DNA of 64,000 nt, taken from NCBI GenBank assembly GCA_051362555.1, contig CM120642.1, positions 24,366,001 through 24,430,000 of the forward strand. Reading direction: 5' to 3'. The notes under the pieces were generated by a model. The model was not told the origin of the DNA and did not search any database. It was given only the letters and a program-made list of their open reading frames with translations. The position numbers and the translations under genes are program-made. Shown piece by piece: positions 36,901 to 47,000 of this stretch (its first letter is position 1; each line of letters starts with the position of its first letter). Origin of the DNA: Lingula anatina (taxonomy: Eukaryota; Animalia; Brachiopoda).

Positions 36901-39693
36901 TATGTGTTTAATTCAGTATGGAAAAGGGCTCTACCCATGGTAGCTGGGAAGCTTATAGAGAAAGAGAAAAATGAACTAAATCAGTCTGTTTAATCTATGT
37001 TTATGCCCTACAGCTGTTATGACCGGAGGCCTTATCAGGAGCACAAGCTATTACATGGCTATGTTTTTACAGATCTGTTTGTGCCCCTGATGAAGCCTCT
37101 GGGTTGAAATGGCTGTAGGGAACAATAAATATGGAACAAACAGACGGAACAAATATCACCAGAACAGTTATTGTCACCATAACACAGTGACATGATGCAT
37201 AATTTCTGAATCAATGCTTTTTGTTTCTCAGGCATCTCAATGTGGCTCAGACTTCAAACTATCTAGACAATTTATTCTACTTTGGTTAGTTAAATTTTAA
37301 AAAAATCTTTCATAGGTTTCACTGGGAGTCAGAAATGATCATTTAAACTGACAAAAACACTCGACAACAAAAATCATATGCTGCCCTTACCAGCAATAGC
37401 CAGTAACTCAAACACCTTAGCAGCAGTTGCCGTGGATACAATAGCTTTTCCTTTCATCTCATGTTGCCTAGCAGCATTTCCTGCCGTGATCTTGTCCTTT
37501 GATTGTAGTAGCACTTTGCCTGGTTGTGAGGTAATCTCATACACGATCTTGGTCTTCCCCTCATTAAGCTGTTTGCCAAGCTTAACTGTATCTGCAAAAT
37601 AAAAATTGTTGGGAAAAACTGTACAAATGCCAAATATATGAATAAGTAAGAATTTTGTGAGAAACAAAAATTTACATTTTAATCTTGGCTTAATGGATTG
37701 AAATAATAGATCAAAAGCAAAATATGGCCAAACATTGGGACTTGTGTAATATCACCTCCAACATTCACCTACATGGACCCTCAAACTTCTTATAGTTTTG
37801 ATCTCTGGCCTTTTCACATTGATGTTGTATTTTTTTTTTTTTTTTTTTTTTCAGTCTTTGAAATTGTTTTGAGGGTTTTTTCCTTTCATTCAATTGGGTA
37901 ACAAAGACTATAACAAACAATTTTTTAAAATAATGAAAATAAAAACTTTGTACACACAGAAGAAAAAATGACAAACAAATATCTGTTTTGGCTTCCAATC
38001 TTTTTTATTAGCATGTTCACAAAATGGTCAAAGATGTGGACAAAAAACAAATTTTTTCTCTGTACTTTCATTTTTGATCTGTGAACAAAATTAACTCCGT
38101 GCATATTGAATCCATGTCATGAGCAAGGAGTAGGAATCAACAGTTCGCACTCATTAGTTAGATGCTGTATGGGAATATTTTGTCCTTCTGGAGAGCGCAC
38201 ATGATAGTATTCACTCATGTATGTACATATTCTCCAAAAGCAGTCTTGCAGCAAGAAAGATAGCAAAATACAACTTGATGTCTCCCTCAGAGCTTTCACT
38301 GGATATAGTCAGCCATAGTCAATTACATGATAACACCATACTAGAATGTGCACCATGGCCTTACTTAAGACACTATGATAGGCAGAAAAGCAGATAATTA
38401 AAAAAGAAATACTATGTGATGCCTGGTGTGTGTGTGTGTGTGTGTCTGTGTCTGGGGGGGGGGGGGGGGGGGGGGGGGGTGGATACTGTAAAAGTTTCCA
38501 GTCTCCTAGAGTTCTGTGAGAGTACTAGTACAATACATAAATAACATTAATCCCTGCACCTTAAGGCTGCATGCATACTTGAAGTTGAAACTTAATGAGG
38601 AAAGTGTTAATATTTCAATCAAATTTTGGACCTACCAGGTATTGCACTTTGACTATACGGAATACCTTTGTCTGCATCTGGCTCTGATTTTAAGAGACAA
38701 ATAGGTGAAACACTATATGGACGTGAGCCCAATATTCTGTCCAGTTGTTCAAAGTGCTCACATCTTAATCTTCCCTGTGTTCTGACACTGAAATATAGTA
38801 AAATATACAATATTATTCAGGGTGGGGGATTACGAAAACAGATCAACTATGTATTATATACATTTAAACTTCTGGATACACTAAAGGTGAGGGTGTCGGC
38901 ACATTATAAGTAACAATTAAATCACACACATCAAACAAGAGAGAGAGAGAGAGAGAGAGAAACTTAATTACCTGTGGCTGCTCTTGCCAAGCACTTTGGT
39001 TTTCCTGTACAAGAACTTCAGCTTCTTGATTTTGGCACGACATGCCTCTGGGGTCTTGTGCACCCCGTGTTCCGTTTGTAGTCGGTCAGAAATCCGCTTA
39101 AACACATGGATATTCCTCTTTGGGTCACTCTTTAACTGTTCTTGTATGGGGTCATCGCCCCAAACACTGATGAGACTGTTGATTTGATTATGACTCCACC
39201 AAAATCCTCCTTCTGACGCCGCCATCGTATGTATACACGATGCGCTCGTATTTTAAACTGAGGGGTGAGGCGTATAATTTCTGATCCACTATTAGTACTA
39301 AATCTGCTAGACAAAGAAGAGGTACCGTTTCCGCCCCGAGAGCCCGCATGTACAAGCCTAAATGTACTGGCCGTGTTAACGAGCTGAGAGATCGTCTTAC
39401 ATAATAGGCGGGCTATTAAGCTGTCAATGTTTTAAAACATAACGCTGAAGACTGCACGCTAAAAATAGAACGTTCCACGTGAGGTGGCCTTTTTGTGAAT
39501 CGACCGTCCAGACACATGAGAATTAATGAACTTCAGCGCCACCTGTCGGGTGTCTGGAAATCATGACCTTATACTGACCCTTGTACGTAACCGATTTTTT
39601 GTGTCAATTAACAGTGAAAGGTGTCCCAATTATAATTACTTTTCAATAATTTTAAAAAGAATTAAAACATGCCTTACCTGTTTTTTCAGACAT
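33924..39693 (-). CDS. PAICS: Bifunctional SAICAR synthetase / AIR carboxylase (de novo purine synthesis)
   Basis: Exons in transcript order: 39693-39678 (ATG TCT GAA AAA ACA G|gtaagg), 37591-37391, 36824-36646, 36276-36072, 35801-35632, 35244-35067, 34698-34540, 34096-33924 (TAG). Motifs [87 protein letters not shown]. Confidence 0.97.
37003..37129. ncRNA. Inverted pair of degenerate minimal type-I hammerhead ribozyme motifs (Penelope-like element remnant)
   Basis: Plus copy: gtgccc-CTGATGA-agcc(tctg)ggtt-GAAA-tggctg-TA-gggaac then AATAAA (37081-37129). Minus copy (37044-37003): gtgctc-CTGATAA-ggcc(tcc)ggtc-ATAA-cagctg-TA-gggcat. Confidence 0.65.
38619..39225 (-). CDS. Myb/SANT-like (trihelix, Myb_DNA-bind_4 type) DNA-binding domain protein nested in PAICS intron 1
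   Basis: Exon A 39225-38972 ([77 protein letters not shown]..., donor ag|gtaatt, phase 2) joins exon B from 38787 (ttcag|) in frame: [24 protein letters not shown]. The pattern W..LI.VW..RN..VF..IS..L..G..KT..CR.KIK.LK..Y..C.(H)F..LD.IL is typical of MSANTD/ZSCAN29/Harbinger ORF1 domains. The 3' end is uncertain (stop at 38619 if unspliced). Confidence 0.8.
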
Positions 39694-40249
39694 TTTGGAC
39701 GGCTCAATTATGGCTGTATATCCTGTTGTTTATTTGCCGCAACACGCTTGAAAGGTCGAGTTGGAAATTTCCACGATTTCGAAATAAACCACCGGATTAT
39801 GTAAAAATCTGTATTTTCTTATCGTAGCTCTAAAGTCGTTTTTGATGCAACAGATCAGCAATTTTTGCGCCGTTGTAGTCGAAAGTGCACTCAATAACAG
39901 GAGTGGGTCTCAACCACGTGCGTCTGAAAGAGGTCAGTGGGAACGTCGGGCTAGTCCAAGTTAAGGGGTGATGGGTTTGAAATCTACGACGTAAACAAAA
40001 CCATTTGAAACAAACAAGTAATATTTGGAATTTATTGATTCCATAAAATACAACAGTTTATCTTATTTGGTTTACAAAAGTAAAAAAGATCAGTATGGGG
40101 ATGTTTTGTTTGCGGTTTTGTCATCATCAATTTAATCCTTTTCCCCCTAATGCTTCTCCGAAAAAGTCCATGTGCTTTCCAAACAAGATGAATGAAAAGG
40201 AAAGCTAACACAAGCTCTCGCTGGTTGTATTGTACGATCTGATATTTGA
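39694..40249. promoter_or_regulatory. Bidirectional PAICS/PPAT promoter region
   Basis: 556 bp between divergent ATGs, CpG-enriched. CACGTG E-box at 39915-39920, a second one at 39476-39481 in PAICS intron 1, and an E2F-consensus TTTGCCGC at 39733-39740. Confidence 0.8.
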
Positions 40250-40969
40250 ATGGCGGAGGCAGAGGGTCTGCAAGAGGCTTGTGGGGTATTTGGCGTGGTG
40301 GCGGGCGGTGAATGGCCGACAACGCTTGATGTGGCTCACACGACGGCGTTTGCTCTTGTGGGTCTTCAACATCGGTGAGTTTTCATTACAGACTACAGTG
40401 ATTTGGCGATGTCAGCCAGTGTGATTTTTATTGTATAAATTATAGAAAGTGCTGTGATCTAATTGCTTTAAACCCTTGATTTGTTTAAATGGAAGTTTAT
40501 TCGTTAACGCCTGATTAAAGTTCCATATAGATCATAAGTGACGTTGGCTTCACTTAATCTATGAATTTTTAATCTATGATTTTATTTACCACGCGCGCGT
40601 TGATAAGAAAGTGAATAATATTAATAATTAAAATGATAATAATAATTGTCAGGAGTGTATGTGTAGGGACAAGGAGTGGTGACCTTAAAGTTTTTACAAT
40701 AAATAAAATTAAGAATTAACAAGCCTCTGCGGTGCAAGGTACCCCCCCTCCCCCCCCAGACTCGTATTTTGTTCTATCCCAATCCCAATATCAAGACAAA
40801 TTAACACACAGCAGGTGCGTCAGGTCACCTTGGTGATTTCTCTCCTACTAGTACATTGTAAGGCACCATTACCTTTTAATTGCGATGGCCACACTGCTGT
40901 TATAGTATATCAGTCCTAATTTCTTCTCCTTTGTTAAGTCTGTCTCATCATATCCGGGTTTACAATTAA

Positions 40970-41058
<89 letters not shown>

Positions 41059-44000
41059 TACAAATCACAGTATTTCCTGTTATTGATCTGGGGAGAAGTG
41101 ATTGGGCTCATTAAAATCTGCCATTCTTGTTATTATGATAAGTAATATTGAACTCAGTAACTGATATAGTTGTGATTTTTTAAAAGCTGTCATTGAAAAA
41201 ATATCACATGAGATTTTTGGTAAAATTGAAAACAAAAAAGAAAATTGCATTTCAAATGCCAAGAAAGCTTCTAAAAGTAAGCAATATTCAAAGCTGCATT
41301 TGTGATTGTTTTTTAGTCAGTAAGTGTGGTGACCTTCTATATTTTAGCTACAATACATGATGTTTATTGCTACAGGAGAAAAACATTAGCTTGTTTTCAT
41401 AGCATTACTTTATGTCATTCATTTGAAAGGATGGATTTCCACTTATATTTCAAAGTCCATCTAAAGAAGAAGAGTTAACAGTGCCCCCATGTTAATCCAA
41501 AACAATGCCTGAAATGTTGTCCAGTTTTTTTCTTTAATGGCATCAGGGATAATCACATTTTTTCCTGGCCTTAGATATACTAGATATGACAGTTGTGTTG
41601 CCAGACATCATTGGTGGACTAAGTATTTTACACCTATATATTTTTTCAGTTTTGATCATTAAATTTTTTCTTCAAATAGCAGGCACTATATAAACTTATT
41701 AACTTTATTTGTTTTTTCTACCCAGGTAAGATTACCTAATTTGTATTAATTATATATCTGATCATAGAAGTAGAGAAATGAAATCCTGTCTACAACATTT
41801 CTGAAATAATTTCTTTCACAGTGGTCAAGAAAGTGCAGGCATTGTGACCAGCTATGGAGATGACCCCCACAAAATTTTCTGCCACAAGGAGATGGGACTG
41901 GTCAACACAGTGTTTGATGACCATGCGCTGTCCAGACTGAAGGGCAATCTGGCCATTGGTACGTTGGTGCATGTGTCTTCTGTTACTGTATCACATTTTT
42001 TATGTCAACAAAAGCTCCATACTAAACACCAATAAAATAAAAGCAGAGCCATTAATATTGTGTTAACTTGTTTCTGCTTTAGTTCAGTAATTTTTTGGAC
42101 CCTGCCTTGGTGGACAAACTTTAGATCAGTAGCCTTAATATCAGTTTGATGTACTTTTTTGTTTGTTTGTTTGATTTTGCTTTTGTCTGATAACTTAATT
42201 GCTTTCATCAATTCAATATTGCATTTTAAAATAGCTGTTCATGAAATAAACTATACTAGATTTTCCTTCTTCACCATGGCAAATTTTGTTTAGAATTTGC
42301 TACAAAAATAATATGTGATAGCTGAAGAAAATACTTTTTATATGAAAATAGTATGTAAAAAAAAACTCATGAATGAATGCCTGGTTTTAGTCTATTTTAT
42401 AATTATTTAAAACCAATGTTCAAAGTACATGAGGCAAAGTACACGAAAAGCTTACATATTCAGCATGATCAGTCTACAAAAGATACATAAAGATATAAAT
42501 ATTTTTCCCTCCAGTTACATAAATATCATAAGCTCTGTCATCCAAAGGTTGCATCAACACCTGGTATTGGAACTTTTGTTTTGTTTTTTGTTTTGTTTTG
42601 TTTTTCGGACAAGAGGTTCATTTCTAACTGCACTGTAGAAGCTTTTGAATAAGTCAAAGTTCTTCTATCTGTCCATCTGCCTGTCCATCTATCCATTTCT
42701 CCCTTTATTCCCAATTTGCATCTTGTAACATAAGTTATGAAAATATATATCGCCCTCCATAACATTTGTAGTATGTGAGTAAAACAATAAAAAATATTAT
42801 ATTCCAGGTCACACACGCTACTCCACAGCCGGGGGCTCTCAGCTGGTCAACTGTCAGCCATTTGTAGTGGACACAATGCATGGTTTGATTGCTGTGGCCC
42901 ACAACGGAGAACTGGTCAATGCTAAAATGCTCAGGGAAAAGGTACATATTACTTTCATTCTTTTAGTTGATTATTTTTTAAAGTGGAAGAAATTAGAAAA
43001 GTAATAATTTCTTGTGTTTTGTCAAGACTCATTATTCACACTGTTTGTTTGTTTGTTTGTTTCACACTGTCAAAGTGCAGTTTTAATAAAATGCTGACAA
43101 CAATCTATCTCTCCACTTAAAAAAGTGACAACCAAACCAGGATGCAAGTATAAATGCTTAAATTATACATTCCTGTAAATTAACAAACTCACAGATTTTT
43201 TTACATGTATGCAGACAGCACCAATTTGCATTATAATGCATTCACAGTACTGGCAAAACTGAAACAAATTGTTTTTCTTTGCAGGTCTTACAGAGAGGAG
43301 TTGGTCTGTCCACTAAGTCTGACAGTGAGTTGATGACACAGTTGCTTTGTTTATCACCTCCAGAGAGTGAAGAAAGTGGGCCTGATTGGCCTGCAAGGTA
43401 AAGATTGTGTTAGATGTTCTTTGACAAGTGTTGAAATGCGTTGGGTAAATGAGGTCAAACAAGCAGTTTTTCTTTTCATTTTCTTTTTTATGTACAGACA
43501 CAGATGTGTCTGTACATATTGCCATCACCTGCGTCTGTCGTCGCCGATGGCGATGCCGATGGCGATGCCGATGACGATGCCGATGGCGATGCTGGCGCCG
43601 TGCACTTTCCTTGTAAACACGATAAGTGGAGGGCAGTTTTACTTTTTGGCTTTATATTTACAGAGCTGATGAATATTCATAAAACGCAGGTCAAGTTCGA
43701 AAATCAGCATGATCGGGCCATTATTGTAGAAGTTATGCTGTTTTTTCACTTTTCAGCATATTTTTCACATTTCCTCAGATTCAATTCTTAGGCATATTAA
43801 CAGTCTCATTATTAAACTAATAAGATACGTAAAAGTTTTTGTTTGACATTTCCTGCATCTTTACAACATTGTTAGTTGATTTTGTAAAAGTGATGGTAAA
43901 CTTGTTATCGTGTATTGTGTAATAAAGTTTCAAAAATGGAAATAAACTCATATCATTGCAGTTTGTCAGATTCAATCATTCACTATGTTCAGAATCTCAG

Positions 44001-47000
44001 AATGGAAGAAATTGGACATTTAACACTGCTCTATTGATATTTTTCCCATCTCATCAATTTTCTTAGTTGATCATATAAAAATGGCAGTAAACTGTTAATT
44101 TTGTTTTATGTTAAAAATTGTTAAAAATGGAAAAAAAAAACATTTTAGAACAGTGCTGTCTTGTTTACATTTTGGCATTTTCAAGTTGTGACTTTGAAGT
44201 TCCATGGGCCTGAAGACCTTTGCTAGTCAAATTTTCTGAATATCCATGATACTAATATTTTATTATTAAAAATTGATGGTCATTATGATGTTAAACATTA
44301 TGTAATATTGCATCAAAATTTGAAAAAAAACTATTTTGGGCACTGCTCCCATGATGACCATTTAAGAAAAACCATGTCACTTACTGTTCTCAAACAGTAC
44401 AGTAAATATATATAGATGTGTCTGTACATATTGCCATCACCTGCGTCTGTCGTCCCCGTCATCGCCGGTGCCGGCGCCGTGCACTTTCATTGTAAACACG
44501 ATAAGTGGAAGGCAGTTTTACTTTTTGGCTTTATATTTACAGAGCTGATGAATATTCATAAAACGCAGGTCAAGTTTGAAAATCAGCATGATCGGGCCAT
44601 TATTGTAGAAGTTATGCTTTATTTTTCACTTTTCAGCATATATGCAACACTGTAAACACTTTCCAAGGAAAACCATAGGCCTGTTGTCATGAAACTCACA
44701 GGAGTAATCTATCTTACTAAAACGCAGGTCAAGTTAGAAAATCGGCATGATCAGTCCACTATTTTAGTAGTTATGCTTTTTTTTCACTTTTCAGCATATA
44801 TGCAACACTGTAAACACAATATAAGAAAAACAGATAGGCCAATTGTCATTAAACTCACAGGAGTGGTCAATAGGCCAATTGTCATTAAACTCACAGGAGT
44901 GGTCAATCCTGCTAAAACACAGGTTGAGTTAAAAGATCAGCATAATCGGGCCATTATTTTAGAAGTTATGTTGTTTTTTCACATTTCCTCAGATTCAATT
45001 CTTAGGCATGTTAACAGTTTCATTGTTTAATTAATAAGATATTAAAAGTGTTTGTTTGACATTCCCTGCATCTTTACAACATTGTTAGTTGATTTTGTAA
45101 AAATGATGGTTAAATTGTTATCGTGTATTGTGTAATAAAGTTTCAAAAATGGAAATAAACTTATATCATTGCAGTTTGTCAGATTCAATCATTCACTATG
45201 TTCAGAATCTCAGAATGGAAGAAATTGGACATTTAACACTGCTCTATTGATATTTTTCCCATCTCATCAATTTTTTTAGTTGATTATATAAAAATAGCAG
45301 TAAACTGTTAATTTTGTTTTATGTTTAAAAATGTTAAAAATGGAAAAAAAGCGTTTCAGAACAGTGCTGTCTTGTTTACATTTTGGCATTTTCAAGTTGT
45401 GACTTTTAAGTTCCATGGGCCTGAAGACCTTTGCTAGTCACATTTTCTGAATATCCATGATACTAATATTTTATTATTAAAAATTGATGGTCATTATGCT
45501 GTTAAACATTATGTAATATTGCATCAAAATTTGAAAAAACCTATTTTGGGCACTGCTCCCATGATGACCATTTAAGAAAAACCATGTCACTTACTGTTCT
45601 CAAACTTACAGGAAAGAAACATGGGACTAAAATATAGCTTCAGTAGGCAATGCAATCTGCCAGTTAAACAGTTTTTTTTTTTTTTTTTTTGTGAAAATTT
45701 AATTTTTTCACATTTTTACATTTTCAAGGTGTGACTTTTAAGTTCCACAGCTTGAAGACCCATGCTAGTCACATTTTCTGAAAATCCATGATACGTATAT
45801 TTCATTATTAAAATTTGACGGTCATTATGCTGTTAACCATTATGTAATATTGCATCAGAATAGAAGAATACACAATTTTGGGTGCTGCTGCTATGATGAC
45901 CATTATGGGAAAACCATGTTTCTTATGATTGCCAAATGTTCAAAACAGAAACACAGGACTAAAATGCAGCCTGAGTTGAAAAAGCAGTCTAATTGTCTTC
46001 TTTTTCTGGAAGTTTTACATTTTCAAAGGGTGAACTTGAACTCCCATGGGCCTGAAGCCTTATGTTTGTAACACATTTTACTTACATTGGTATTACCTGT
46101 TGAGCATAATTAAAATTTGATGTTGAATTTGCAGTTTAACATAATGTACTTTTGCATCAGAATTGACAGTAGCCTATTTTATTTCCTGCTTTTTTAGGTG
46201 ATCATATAAAAATGGCAGTAAACTTTTAATTTTGTTTTATGTAAAAAAAAAAATTGTTAAAAATGGGGGGAAAAAACATTTCAGAACAGTGCTGTCTTGT
46301 TTACATTTTAGCATTTTCAAGTTGTGACTTTGAAGTACCATGGGCCTGAAGACCTTTTCTAGTCACATTTTCTGAATATCCATGATACTAATATTTTATT
46401 ATTAAAAATTGATGGTCATTATGCTGTTAACCATTATGTAATATTGCATCAGAATAGAAGAAAACACAATTTTGGGTGCTGCTGCCATGATGACCATTAT
46501 GGGAAAACCATGTTACTTATGATTGCCAAACTTTCAAAAAAGAAATACAGGACTAAAATGCAGCTGGAGTTGGAAAAGCAGTCTAATTGACTTCTTTTTC
46601 TGGAAGTTATACATTTTCAAAGTGTGAACTTGAACTCCCATGGGCCTTATGCTTGTTACACATTTTACTTACATTGGTTTTACCTGTTAAGCACAATTAA
46701 AATTTGATGTTGAATTTGCAGTTTAACATAATGTACTTTTGCATCAGAATTGACAGTAGCCTATTTTGTTATTTCCTGCTTTTTGTCTGTACATTTGACA
46801 GCTTTGCTGCCTTGTACTTAAATTCTTTTCCTACAGATAATTGTAATATAATGAAATATTGAATAAGCACCAGCCAAGCTGAATAATCTCTAGCTTTTTA
46901 TAGTGAAACTTCAAGGTGTGCTCAAAATCATTGGAAAGAGTTATATTATGCTTGGATATTGCATTTTTCTTTAATATCTTTTGATATATTTTTGTTTGTC

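Noticed and set aside
43367-45030. ORFs with MAMPMAMP / DGDADGDAD repeats and repeated [15 protein letters not shown] peptides
   Set aside because: They are translations of the microsatellite and internal repeats of the HINE-like element, inside a PPAT intron, with no splice or domain support.
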